A stretch of 64,000 nt of DNA from an uncultured delta proteobacterium (GCA_963724765.1 CAVRVY010000003.1:384001-448000); one strand, 5' to 3'. Counted from the stretch's first letter, positions 29,218 to 38,569 are shown. Notes: generated by a model not told the origin, from the sequence alone. Made by a program: numbers and translations.

Positions 29218-29637
29218 TTAAGGCGAGACCGGCATTTGCGCGGTGGCGGTGAGAGTCAATTGCTTCGACTGCATGAAGGGAACCTGGATGTTGTACGTGT
29301 AATTGATCACGACCTTGGCATCCAGTTGCGACGGGACATTGAGGTCCTGCGGAAAGCTGACGGTCACATTGCTGGTGGTCAGTCCAAGACTGGGGGCGGC
29401 AGCGATTGCGACCTTCTGTATAGAAGACTCGTCAGCGGCAGTGCTGCCATGGATGAGCGCGAAGCGCGCGCCCTCTCTGGCCGCTGCGCTAATCGAATTA
29501 TAACTAAACACCATGTGGCCCATGAGGAGAATGGCAAAGGTGGTCATTAGTAGCAAGGCAGCGCCGAGCGCAAACTCGACCATCGTTTGGCCCGTTTGAT
29601 AGCAGCACAGACCTATCGATGCGCCGATTCGCTTCAT
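29218..29637 (-). CDS. TadE/TadF-like minor pilin
   Basis: GQTMVEFALG...AAAREGARFA; ATGA overlap with the upstream gene. Confidence 0.88.
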   Translation of the reverse strand: MKRIGASIGLCCYQTGQTMVEFALGAALLLMTTFAILLMGHMVFSYNSISAAAREGARFALIHGSTAADESSIQKVAIAAAPSLGLTTSNVTVSFPQDLNVPSQLDAKVVINYTYNIQVPFMQSKQLTLTATAQMPVSP

Positions 29638-30122
29638 TGTAGGACCTGCATTTCTGCGGTTCTGGTCAGAGTGACCGGGTTCGAGAGCCCCGGGTACCGG
29701 CCGAACGTGGAAAGCGAAGCCGATACGGTGACGGTCACGTAGGTCGCCCCCGGGTTGTCCGAGCAATCGTAGGCCGAGGGGCAGATCGAGACGGTGGTTG
29801 CGGTACTGACGCAGGTGCACTGGCTTATTGTGGGAGAGCCGCTCGTTAAGGAAATGTTTGAGGCGTCATTGAGTACCGCCGACTTGATTCCGCTCGCATT
29901 AGCCGCAGTGGTCAGGCTTTCCGAGCCAAATTGCGCGCCGGCCCGGGCCGCGTCGCTCACGGTAACGTAGGTATAAAATATTCGGCCGAGGTCACACGCC
30001 AGCAGCAACAGGGTAGTCAAAAAGAACATGCTGAACGCGAGCTCGACATAGCTCTGGCCCCTATGCCAACGCTGCAAGGCGAGCCCGAATCGCTTTTGCC
30101 GACGGTATTCTCGCTTATTCAT
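29634..30122 (-). CDS. TadE-like minor pilin
   Basis: RGQSYVELAF...DLGR...DAARAGAQFG; four C-terminal Cys. Confidence 0.85.
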   Translation of the reverse strand: MNKREYRRQKRFGLALQRWHRGQSYVELAFSMFFLTTLLLLACDLGRIFYTYVTVSDAARAGAQFGSESLTTAANASGIKSAVLNDASNISLTSGSPTISQCTCVSTATTVSICPSAYDCSDNPGATYVTVTVSASLSTFGRYPGLSNPVTLTRTAEMQVLQ

Positions 30123-31410
30123 AGATGGTACTGGACTGGAGCGGAGAGGTGCCACCCAGGCTGGTAAAGTCGTCGCAAATGTTGATGTTGGTAGTTCCGG
30201 TTATCTTGAGAGTATCGGCAATCAGCAAAGTATATTCGCTGTTGGGGCCTGTGCAGTTACCAGACAGGTTGGAGCTGCCTTCGTATGTAAGCTCGCTGGT
30301 CGGAAAATAGGGGGCCCCGTCAAACACCGACGAGGAGCTTCCGGTAACGGTGTTGCTCGCCGCTACTCCAGTCGGCGTGATGGTTCTATCCTGAAAAAAC
30401 AGGACTCCCGGAATGCCCCCGCCCGAGCTCGAGGTGGGCGCGCTCAGCGTCACGGTACCGCTGCCGGACATGTCGATGGGTCCGTACCCTCCCGTTCCCG
30501 AAGTGTTGTAGAAAGTCACGCCCGTACCATTAATGGTTGCACTGCCGGTGACCTTCAGGCCCCCGCCTGCGAGGATGTACAGGCCCGAGCCAAAAGTTAT
30601 CGTGCCACTCCCAGTGATGGTGATACCGCCGCAATAGGTGCCGAGAGTCAGGGTGGCGCTGCTCGATGTTCTGTAATTGGTCTGATTGCAGCTTCCAACG
30701 GTAGGTTCCGCCAGCGATGCCAACGGGTCCGGAGCCGGTGCGATGCCGGTAACCGGGGTCGGTGTCCAGGTCGCAGAGCCCAGGTGATCGCCGCCGGCTA
30801 CACCGATGCCCGTTGCAGTGTATGTCCCGCTGCCGGAGCCGTAGAGCGCTTGCGAGTCGCTGGAGTCGACCAGAATGCCGCAGGCCGCGTTGAAGCCACC
30901 GCTGCCGGTCACCCAAAACGATTTGGTTGCGCTAGAGTCCAGCGCGTAGATGCACGCCGGTGAATTTGTGCCGCCGGCGATCGCCTGAGCGCTCACATTC
31001 ATCGAGCTATATCCAAACACCCGCAGAAAATAGATAGATATGGGCGCGGATACCTTGGCTTGGACACAGTCCTCGCCGCTCGTGTTCGGGCAGCTTACCT
31101 GCGTAACAGTGACCGACACGCTATTGGCGCTATTTTTGAAGCCATTGTTGCTAGCCGCGTCGGTGCCGGCCTGCTGGTATCCCGCCGACACAGTCGAGGA
31201 GCCTTGCAGCGCATTGGCGCCTACAATCGCCGCAGCATCTGCCGCTGTCTGCATCTGCCGCCGGGCGACGTACAGAAGACCCCCGTCGACGACCAGCCCG
31301 ACCATGCCAATGAGCGCGACCAACGCCAGTGAGACGAGCACGAATACCTGGCCGCGAGCAGGTCTCGATTTAGACCCGCGCAGGCGCCCCCTCAGCAAGC
31401 TGGCAGCCAT
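30115..31410 (-). CDS. TadG-like pilus-associated protein / adhesin
   Basis: RGQVFVLV...VVDGG...RRQMQTAADAAA, ACIYALD, repeated TGS/GSG beta-rich C-terminus; AGGAGG RBS. Confidence 0.85.
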   Translation of the reverse strand: MAASLLRGRLRGSKSRPARGQVFVLVSLALVALIGMVGLVVDGGLLYVARRQMQTAADAAAIVGANALQGSSTVSAGYQQAGTDAASNNGFKNSANSVSVTVTQVSCPNTSGEDCVQAKVSAPISIYFLRVFGYSSMNVSAQAIAGGTNSPACIYALDSSATKSFWVTGSGGFNAACGILVDSSDSQALYGSGSGTYTATGIGVAGGDHLGSATWTPTPVTGIAPAPDPLASLAEPTVGSCNQTNYRTSSSATLTLGTYCGGITITGSGTITFGSGLYILAGGGLKVTGSATINGTGVTFYNTSGTGGYGPIDMSGSGTVTLSAPTSSSGGGIPGVLFFQDRTITPTGVAASNTVTGSSSSVFDGAPYFPTSELTYEGSSNLSGNCTGPNSEYTLLIADTLKITGTTNINICDDFTSLGGTSPLQSSTIYE

Positions 31411-31458
31411 GCGGATTCCTCCTGAGATTTCAGTGCATTGCTGTAACGGCGGTTGCAG

Positions 31459-31473
31459 GCACGGGTCATGCCA
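31459..31473 (-). promoter_or_regulatory. Putative sigma54 (-24/-12) promoter of the tadG-tadE-tadE unit
   Basis: Minus strand TGGCATGACCCGTGC about 50 bp upstream of ATG 31410; upstream palindromes GTTGCG-GTCG-CGCAAC (31547-31562) and TGCACCGGTGCA (31583-31594). Confidence 0.55.
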
Positions 31474-31733
31474 CCCCCGTGCTCTAGGGCGAACCCTTAT
31501 TTCTCTCGAATTTTCAGGCGATTTTCGATTTGCATCGGCTTAATCCGTTGCGGTCGCGCAACTTTGGATCGCGGGCAGGATGTGCACCGGTGCAACGTCC
31601 CGCCGTCTCGCCTCCCGAAACTTCGGAAGGCTGAGCCGCGTATTCCTAAGGAAGGCGACGCCGATGTGGGCGACGGGCGCCCGAGCCCCGCCTGACTTTG
31701 TGCAGCCCTGTGAATTTTGCGAATTCTTCGCCA

Positions 31734-32306
31734 TCAGCGCCGACGCATCTTACGCGGCGGGTTGTAGACGTGGAAAAACGAAAACGCCGCGATGACCAGC
31801 GCGTGCGTGATCTTCTCCGACGCAATCAGCCGCCTCACGTCCCGAAGCGGCACAATCACGACCTCCGTCTCCTCCGAACCACCCAGGCGAGGCCGCCTGA
31901 CGCGACGCACGTTGCGGGCCACGAACGAGTAGCAGTAGTTGGGCTGGATTGCGGGATTGGGATGGACGCGGCCAAGCTCGAGCACATCCTCGGAGTCGTA
32001 GCCGCACTCCTCGCGCATCTCGCGCCGTGCCGCGAAAAGCGGGCTTGGGTCCTCCGGGTCGACCATCCCGCCGGGAATCTCCAAAGTGAAGTCGCCGACG
32101 CCGTGGCGGAACTGCCGCACCATCACCACCTCGTTGGCGGGTGTGATCGGGATGATATTGATCCAGGCCGGCGCCTCGAGCACGAAGAAGTCGTGTTCGC
32201 CGCGATGCGGATGCGAGCGCTGATGGCGATGCAGATCGAAGATCGGCGTCGCGTAGACGCGCTCACTCTTGAGCGTTTCCCAGCGGCGGGCTTTCGTGCG
32301 CGCCAT
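31734..32306 (-). CDS. NUDIX hydrolase (ADP-ribose pyrophosphatase-like)
   Basis: RQFRHG..LEIPGGMVD..AARREMREECG Nudix box. Confidence 0.92.
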   Translation of the reverse strand: MARTKARRWETLKSERVYATPIFDLHRHQRSHPHRGEHDFFVLEAPAWINIIPITPANEVVMVRQFRHGVGDFTLEIPGGMVDPEDPSPLFAARREMREECGYDSEDVLELGRVHPNPAIQPNYCYSFVARNVRRVRRPRLGGSEETEVVIVPLRDVRRLIASEKITHALVIAAFSFFHVYNPPRKMRRR

Positions 32307-32336
32307 CGCTAACAGCGCCGGTGCCGCACGCCGTGC

Positions 32337-32810
32337 TTAGAACAGCCGCCCATACTCGATCGCCGGGCAGCGGTCCATCACGACCGTCATCCCGGCCGCA
32401 CCCGCGCGCGCGGCGGCCTCAAGGTTGACCACGCCAAGCTGGCACCATAACACGCGCGCGCCCTTGGCGATCGCCGCCTCGGCGATTTCCGGCAGATATT
32501 CGGAGCGCCTGAAGACGTCGACCATCTGGACCGGGCCGGGAATCGAGGCGAGGTCCGGGTAGCATCGCTCGCCGAGCGCGCCCATCAGCGCGTCGGGCCC
32601 AAGCTGCGGATTGACCGGGATCACGCGGAAACCCTTGCGCTTGAGCAGCATCGCGATCTGCAGGCTGTCGCGCGCCGGATTATCGGAGCATCCAACCACC
32701 GCGACCGTGGCCGGATGCGAGAGTATCTCGCGAATCTCGGCATCCGTGGGGTTGGTGAAGTCCATCAATTCGAATTCCTTGTCGAATTCCTTGCCGAATT
32801 CGTTTGACAT
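32337..32810 (-). CDS. CoA-binding protein (YccU-like)
   Basis: VAVVGCSDNPARDS, VIPVNP, VDVFRRSE, WCQLGV, VMDRC. The real start may be ATG 32765. Confidence 0.9.
   Translation of the reverse strand: MSNEFGKEFDKEFELMDFTNPTDAEIREILSHPATVAVVGCSDNPARDSLQIAMLLKRKGFRVIPVNPQLGPDALMGALGERCYPDLASIPGPVQMVDVFRRSEYLPEIAEAAIAKGARVLWCQLGVVNLEAAARAGAAGMTVVMDRCPAIEYGRLF
32771..32806. repeat. 12-bp tandem repeat x3 at the 5' end of the CoA-binding protein gene
   Basis: CGAATTCCTTGT CGAATTCCTTGC CGAATTCGTTTG; two copies give AAGGAA on the minus strand just before ATG 32765. Confidence 0.75.
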
Positions 32811-32825
32811 CCCTTCGATGCCGTC

Positions 32826-33356
32826 TCATTCGTCGCCGAGCAGGCGATCGACGACTTTCGGGATGAGCCTTGCGATTTCGTCGCGGCAGACGTCGAAGAC
32901 TTCGTAGCCCTGCTCGAACGGATCATCTATATCGCCCGACTCGCCGGCGAACGCGCGCAGTGTGAAAACTGCGCGCCCGGCGGCGGCCGGAAAGCGCTCG
33001 CGCAGGTCGCGCTCCTGCGCCACGGTCATCGCGATCACCAAGTCGGCCGCCTCCAGCATCTCCGGATGGCGTTTGAGGTCGGTCGAGGACGCTTCTTCGC
33101 CAATATCGATGCCGATCGACTTGAGCGTCATCCGGGTATCGAGCGAAACCAGCGCGCCGTCGCGAGCGTAGGGCGCGATACCGGCCGAGCGGATCTCGAT
33201 CGAGCCGTCGGCGCCGCGCGCGCCAAATTCGCGCCGCAGCATATGCTCCGCCATGATGCTGCGGGCGGTGTTGGCCGCGCAAATGATTAGCACCCGGCGC
33301 GCGCGCGTACCGCGCTGCGCGCCGCTCACGCGCGAACCGGATTCACCGTTAGGCAT
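32826..33356 (-). CDS. Low-molecular-weight phosphatase family protein (LMW-PTP/YwlE-like)
   Basis: ICAANTARSIMAE, SAGI, ADLVIAM, DIDDPF. Confidence 0.87.
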   Translation of the reverse strand: MPNGESGSRVSGAQRGTRARRVLIICAANTARSIMAEHMLRREFGARGADGSIEIRSAGIAPYARDGALVSLDTRMTLKSIGIDIGEEASSTDLKRHPEMLEAADLVIAMTVAQERDLRERFPAAAGRAVFTLRAFAGESGDIDDPFEQGYEVFDVCRDEIARLIPKVVDRLLGDE

Positions 33357-33363
33357 CGGCCGG

Positions 33364-34302
33364 TTAGCGCCCCGCGGACATGACCTCGGCCATGCTTTCT
33401 TTCTTGGTGACTCCCTTGGCGAGTTCTTCCTTCAGGCGCGTGCCGAGCGCCGCCGGCTCCCAGAAAGTGCCGGGCGCCGCGGCGACCTGCGCCACCGAAT
33501 GCCATCCGCGCATCAGCCACACCCGCCCCATCCCGACACGAAACACCTCGCCGTGAACGTCCTTGGCGTCGTCGCTGCCGAGCCACGCAACCAGCGGCGC
33601 CACGTGGGCGGGACTGAAGAGGTCGAACTCGCCCTGCTTGACGGCGGGCATCGTGGCCGCGGTCTGCGGCGTAGCGTCGATTGTCAGGCGGGTGCGGGCC
33701 ACCGGCGCGATCGCGTTGGCGGTGCATCCGTAGCGAGCCATCTCGCGGTCGATGATTATCGCAAATGCCGCGACGGCGGCCTTGGCGGTGCCATAGTTGC
33801 CCTGGCCGGCGTTGCCGAGCAGGCCCGAATCGGAGCTGGTGTTGATGAGGCGGCCGTTGAGCAGATTGCCGTTCTTCTGTTGCTCGCGCCAGTAGGCAGT
33901 GGCGTGGCGCGCCATGTTGAAGGTACCTTTGAGATGGACGTTGACGACGGCGTCGAAGTCCTCTTCGCTCATGTTGAAGATCATGCGGTCGCGCAGGATG
34001 CCGGCGTTGTTGACCACGATGTTGAGTTTGCCGAAGTTGTCCAGCGCGCACTCGACGATGCGCTTGGAGGATTTGAAATCGCTGACGCTTTCGAAATTGG
34101 CCACCGCCTCGCCACCGAAGCCGCGGATCGCTTTAATAACTTCCTCGGCCGGGGAACGTGACTGGCCGGTGCCGTCGAAGTGGCCGCCGAGATCGTTGAC
34201 TACGACCTTGGCCCCCTGTTTGGCCAGCAGCAGCGCCTCTTCGCGGCCAATACCGCGTCCGGCGCCCGTAACGATCGCGACCTTCCCATCAAGTAATGCC
34301 AT
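33364..34302 (-). CDS. SDR oxidoreductase (hydroxyacyl-CoA dehydrogenase-like)
   Basis: TGAGRGIG, VVVNDLG, NNAGILRD, NYGTAK, NAIAP. Start at MALLDGK (34302). Confidence 0.92.
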   Translation of the reverse strand: MALLDGKVAIVTGAGRGIGREEALLLAKQGAKVVVNDLGGHFDGTGQSRSPAEEVIKAIRGFGGEAVANFESVSDFKSSKRIVECALDNFGKLNIVVNNAGILRDRMIFNMSEEDFDAVVNVHLKGTFNMARHATAYWREQQKNGNLLNGRLINTSSDSGLLGNAGQGNYGTAKAAVAAFAIIIDREMARYGCTANAIAPVARTRLTIDATPQTAATMPAVKQGEFDLFSPAHVAPLVAWLGSDDAKDVHGEVFRVGMGRVWLMRGWHSVAQVAAAPGTFWEPAALGTRLKEELAKGVTKKESMAEVMSAGR

Positions 34303-34625
34303 TGCCGTCTCAATCCTCTCTTTGTCGCGGGTTTCTTCCGCCTCTGGCAGATTTATCCCGTAACTCCGCCCTGCCGCAAGCTCCCGGAACCGGACGCGAT
34401 GCGCGTGAGTTGACTTGGCCGGCAGGCGTTGCGTCTGAGGCCCCACTGATGCGAACTGATGCAAAGGACGGCGCAGTTGGGCCGAACTCGTCTCCGCAGG
34501 TTTGCGCATACCGGCCCGGGTAGGTAATTATGTTGAGCTTCGGGGACCCGATGCCATGGCGTTGCTGGGGAGCCGCAACGGCCACGCCAGTCGGCCTAGA
34601 ATCTCGGTTGCGGAAGGTTTAAGCG

Positions 34626-35267
34626 ATGCAGAACCAGTTCGGCATTATTCAGATGATCCAGCAGGGTTACTATGCCACGTACCCGCTGATCGTCATCTCG
34701 ATCGTTTGCCTGGCGGTCATTTTCGAGCGCCTGTGGGCGTTGCGCGGAATCGGCTCCCGTGCCACCAAGACCGCCGACGCGCTGGTCGGCCCGCTGCGCC
34801 AGGGTAAATTCAACGAGGCCCTGCAGCGCACCGAAACCGGCCATACCGCGGCTGACCGCGTCTTCCATACGCTCATCTCGGGCGCCAAGGATCTCGACCG
34901 CGCGCGGCTGGAAGAACTCGACGAGGAGCGGCGCTTTGCCGAGCTGGTCGAGCTCAAGCGCTACATCTGGGTGCTCGCGACTTCGGGCGCCTCGGCCCCG
35001 TTCATCGGGCTGTTCGGCACCGTGGTCGGCATCCTGGTCGCGTTCCAGTCAATGGCGGTGATGGGCACCGGCGGCTTCTCGGTGGTGGCGGCCGGCATCT
35101 CGGAGGCGCTGATTTCAACCGCGTTGGGATTGGCGGTCGCGATCATCGCGGTCATTTTCTACAACTACTTCTCAGTCAAGATCGACAACATCAACGCCGC
35201 GATCCACATCAACGCCGCCCGCCTCATCGACGCTGCGCTGCAAGGGAGACAGGCCGTTGGCGGTTAG
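34626..35267 (+). CDS. MotA/TolQ/ExbB proton channel protein
   Basis: APFIGLFGTVVGI...GISEALISTALGLAVAI; 3 TM. Confidence 0.95.
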   Translation: MQNQFGIIQMIQQGYYATYPLIVISIVCLAVIFERLWALRGIGSRATKTADALVGPLRQGKFNEALQRTETGHTAADRVFHTLISGAKDLDRARLEELDEERRFAELVELKRYIWVLATSGASAPFIGLFGTVVGILVAFQSMAVMGTGGFSVVAAGISEALISTALGLAVAIIAVIFYNYFSVKIDNINAAIHINAARLIDAALQGRQAVGG

Positions 35268-35712
35268 CGGACCCAAAAGCAGCGGCGAGATGTTCTGGCA
35301 GATAAACATCACGCCGCTGACCGACATCTTCCTGGTCCTGCTCATCATCTTCATGGTAACCACCTCGGTCACCATCGAGGCCGCCTCCCACGTCGACCTT
35401 CCGATGGCCGAGAACACTTCGCCCGAAAACAAGGGCGTTATCGTCACCTATACCGCCCAGCACGAGCTGTTCGTCAATTCCAAGGACGTGACCGAGCGCG
35501 ACCTCGAGTCGGCGCTGACCGACGCGCTGACCCGGGTCGATTCCAAGGTGGTGATTTTCCAGGGCGACGAGAAAGTCCTGCTGGGTGACATGATCCGGAT
35601 CCTGCAAATCGCCAAGTTGGCCGGCGCCCAGCAGATAGCGATCGCGGCCAAGCACGTCTCGCCGGGACAGTTCCAGCGCCTGCAAACCGGGCCGGGCGCG
35701 ACCGGCGGTTGA
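35257..35712 (+). CDS. ExbD/TolR family protein (copy 1)
   Basis: INITPLTDIFLVLLIIFMV with the conserved Asp; VDLP; QGDEKV. Confidence 0.93.
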   Translation: MAVSGPKSSGEMFWQINITPLTDIFLVLLIIFMVTTSVTIEAASHVDLPMAENTSPENKGVIVTYTAQHELFVNSKDVTERDLESALTDALTRVDSKVVIFQGDEKVLLGDMIRILQIAKLAGAQQIAIAAKHVSPGQFQRLQTGPGATGG

Positions 35713-35753
35713 CCCCGGCAAACGAGGCCGGAGCAAGAGGTTAGAACCAGTTC

Positions 35754-36248
35754 ATGGCGATAAGCCCTAATCAAAGCGGCGGTGTTTTCGCCGACATCAA
35801 CATCACGCCGCTGACCGATATCTTTCTGGTCCTGCTCATCATCTTTATGGTTGCAACCGCGATCACCATCGAGTCCGCCGCCCACGTCGACTTGCCCAAA
35901 GTTCAGTCACAGGCGACCACCGACAAACCCAAGGGCGTGGCGGTGATGTACACCGCGGACCATCGCATCTTCGTCAACCAGGGTGAGGTGAATGAGCAAA
36001 CGCTGCCGGCGGCGCTCCACGACGCTATCGCCAAGGATCCCGACAAGCTGGTGGTGTTCCAGGGAGACCCGGCGGTGATCTTGGCCGACATGGTCCGCAT
36101 CCTCGACATCGCCAAAACGGCGGGCGCCCAGCAAATCGCGATCGCGGTGGCCAAGCTGCCGGGCGGCGGTGGCGGCGGCGAGACGGGGGAGCCGTCCCTC
36201 CCCAGCGGACCGGTGGTGCCGCCGGAACCCGCTACCGGAGGACCCTGA
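35754..36248 (+). CDS. ExbD/TolR family protein (copy 2)
   Basis: Identical TM motif INITPLTDIFLVLLIIFMV; QGDPAV; Gly/Pro-rich tail. Confidence 0.93.
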   Translation: MAISPNQSGGVFADINITPLTDIFLVLLIIFMVATAITIESAAHVDLPKVQSQATTDKPKGVAVMYTADHRIFVNQGEVNEQTLPAALHDAIAKDPDKLVVFQGDPAVILADMVRILDIAKTAGAQQIAIAVAKLPGGGGGGETGEPSLPSGPVVPPEPATGGP

Positions 36249-36367
36249 CTTTAGTTGTACCGTCACCGAGAGCACAATATTAAAGGGCGCCCTCAGGCGC
36301 ATAACTGGAGCATGGGCGCCGCCTTTCGGGGGATCAGGGCCGGGGCCGTAACAGCAAAGGGCATCGC

Positions 36368-37582
36368 GTGACCGTCGCGGAAGAAATCGGCCTGCTTGCG
36401 GTCTCGGTAGTCGTTGTAGCGATCGGGCTGTTCTGGATCGCCACGCGCGCGCATCTGGATGAGGAAGATCCGGAAAAGGAAAAGCCCGGCTTCAAACATG
36501 GCCTGCGCCAGGGTCTGCGCTTCCTGCTTGGCCCGTTCCCACTTTCCATTGGTCTGCACGTCGTGGTCCTGCTCTTCCTGCTCTTCGCCGTGCACATGGA
36601 GACCGGCCAGAACTTCATTCCGATAAGCCTCCAGGCCGGTGGCGGCGGCGGCCAGACCAAACCCGGCGAAGACACCAACCTGCCCGAGATGCAGATGCCT
36701 GAGCTGCAGGCGCTGCCGATGGAGAAGCCCAAGCAGATCGACGCTTACGCGCGTGAGGCCGTCGTTACCGCTAACAACTACGTGCGCTCGGCGAACAGTG
36801 GAATCGGAATCGGCCGCGGCGGCGGCATAGGCTCGGGCTACGGCCAGGGCATCGGCGGCGGGTTCGGCGGCTTCATCAGCGGCCTGCGGCGCACCGGTCT
36901 CGACGTCGTGATCGTCATCGACGGGACGGGCTCGATGCGCCTGGTGATCGACGACGTAAAGAACAAGATGCGCCAGTTGATGCTCGCGATCCATGGGCTG
37001 GTGCCGACCGCGCGCGTGGGGATCATCGTCTTCGGCGGACGCGGCGAGCAGGTGCAAATGCTGCCGCTTACCACTTCGCCCGGCGCGGTGGTCCAGTTCC
37101 TGGGCGGCATCCAGGCTCGCAATGGCGGCGAATGGCAGGAAGACACGCTGGGCGCGGTCCGCATGGCGGTCGACAACATGGGATGGCGCTCGTACGCCAA
37201 GAAAGTGATCGTGCTGGTCGGCGACACGCCGCCGTTCAAGGAGGATTTCGATCCGGTCCTCCAATTCATCCGCCAGTTCCACGCTGAGAACGGAACCTTC
37301 AACACGGTCGACCTGACCGTCGAGGAGCACGAGCGCTTCATCAAACAGTGGCAGAGCTTCAGCGGGCCAGTGCCGGTGAGCGCCTCCTCCCTGCCGGAGT
37401 TCTACCTCGAAACCCAGGCGGCTTATCAGGCGATGGCGCGGGCGGGCGGCGGAACATGGCGCAGTCTGACCAAGGACGAGCACATCAACCAGCAGGTGTT
37501 GATCCTGGCATTCGGCGAGCAGTGGCGCTCCGAGGTCGCCGCGTTCGGCCGAGGCATCAGATCCACCAACGCCGACCCGTAG
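36368..37582 (+). CDS. Membrane-anchored vWA (MIDAS) protein with a TonB/TolA-like SxxxH helix
   Basis: Two N-terminal TMs, the second LSIGLHVVVLLFLL; Pro/Gly linker; LDVVIVIDGTGSM (MIDAS), GGEWQED, VLVGDTPP. Confidence 0.85.
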   Translation: MTVAEEIGLLAVSVVVVAIGLFWIATRAHLDEEDPEKEKPGFKHGLRQGLRFLLGPFPLSIGLHVVVLLFLLFAVHMETGQNFIPISLQAGGGGGQTKPGEDTNLPEMQMPELQALPMEKPKQIDAYAREAVVTANNYVRSANSGIGIGRGGGIGSGYGQGIGGGFGGFISGLRRTGLDVVIVIDGTGSMRLVIDDVKNKMRQLMLAIHGLVPTARVGIIVFGGRGEQVQMLPLTTSPGAVVQFLGGIQARNGGEWQEDTLGAVRMAVDNMGWRSYAKKVIVLVGDTPPFKEDFDPVLQFIRQFHAENGTFNTVDLTVEEHERFIKQWQSFSGPVPVSASSLPEFYLETQAAYQAMARAGGGTWRSLTKDEHINQQVLILAFGEQWRSEVAAFGRGIRSTNADP

Positions 37583-38000
37583 GGTTCGTCACGCGAACTC
37601 GCTCCTTCACTCATACCTCGGCGGGCGGCGCAGGTCGCACAGCGCGCTGCCAAAACGGTGCGCAAAGCGATGATACCGGCGAACTCCGAGGTCGCGATAC
37701 AAATGCGCGCGCGGGACCGCGCGCCTCACCGGCGCTAACTGGGCAGGCCGGGAAACGTCGCCTTCGATAGTCCTTTCTTTCATATGACGCGCATCATATT
37801 AATTATTGATGCTACAATATGCAAAATCCATTCCTTTTGTCGAAGCGGCCAAATAATTATAAGTGCGCCACCACTACTACGTTCTTGACTAAGCTTTTGG
37901 CGGCTTTGAATGATATCGCGCAGAGTATATTTGTGATACAAACCAATCGGCGTTAAACTGCGTTTTCGATCAACCTTGTACTTTAAAGAGAGGAGATTGC

Positions 38001-38531
38001 ATGCGAAAGTTCTCTATTGCACTGTTCGCGGTCGCGGCCCTGGCCGTGACACTGTCGGCGGCGCCCAGCGCGCGCGCACAAGATAAAGCGCCGACAAAGA
38101 GCACCACCAAGATCGGCTATTTGAGCTGTCACGTCGCCAGCGGCTGGGGATTCATCTTCGGATCGTCGCGTAAGCTGCAATGCGTCTACACTCCGGCGGC
38201 AAAGGGCAAGAAAATCGAGGACTACAGCGGTTCGATCAGCAAGTTCGGAGCCGACATCGGCTACCTGCAATCTGGCGTAATCCTATGGACGGTGCTGGCG
38301 CCGGCGGTAAAGATCTCGAGCCCAGCCGGTTTGCTCGCTGGCCACTACGGCGGAGCGACCGCTAGCGCGACTCTCGGACTCGGCGTCGGCGGCAACCTGC
38401 TGGTCGGCGGAATGGATGGATCGATTTCGCTGCAGCCGCTCAGCATCGAGGGCACCACGGGCCTTAACGTCGCAGCGGGCGTGGCGATGCTGGATCTCAA
38501 GTTCGAGTCTGTATCAGGCGTCAAGCAATAG
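38001..38531 (+). CDS. DUF992-like secreted protein
   Basis: Signal peptide; GYLSC..GWGFIFGSSRKLQC..YSGSISKFGADIG..LAGHYGG..ISLQPLSIEG; GAGGAG RBS. Confidence 0.85.
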   Translation: MRKFSIALFAVAALAVTLSAAPSARAQDKAPTKSTTKIGYLSCHVASGWGFIFGSSRKLQCVYTPAAKGKKIEDYSGSISKFGADIGYLQSGVILWTVLAPAVKISSPAGLLAGHYGGATASATLGLGVGGNLLVGGMDGSISLQPLSIEGTTGLNVAAGVAMLDLKFESVSGVKQ

Positions 38532-38569
38532 ATTCTTCAAGAGAACCTGATAGATTCTCCAAGAGAACC
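38528..38569. repeat. 20-bp direct repeat (22-bp period) spanning a stop codon
   Basis: ATAGATTCTTCAAGAGAACC tg ATAGATTCTCCAAGAGAACC (19/20); the first copy holds the TAG of 38001..38531. Confidence 0.85.

Noticed and set aside
31411-31560. c-di-GMP riboswitch upstream of tadG (hairpins, TGCAACCG)
   Set aside because: The core consensus of class I or class II could not be matched; a sigma54 promoter explains the sequence better.
35300-35850. Near-identical DNA stretch in the two exbD genes as a mobile repeat
   Set aside because: It is the conserved TM-coding region of two paralogs.
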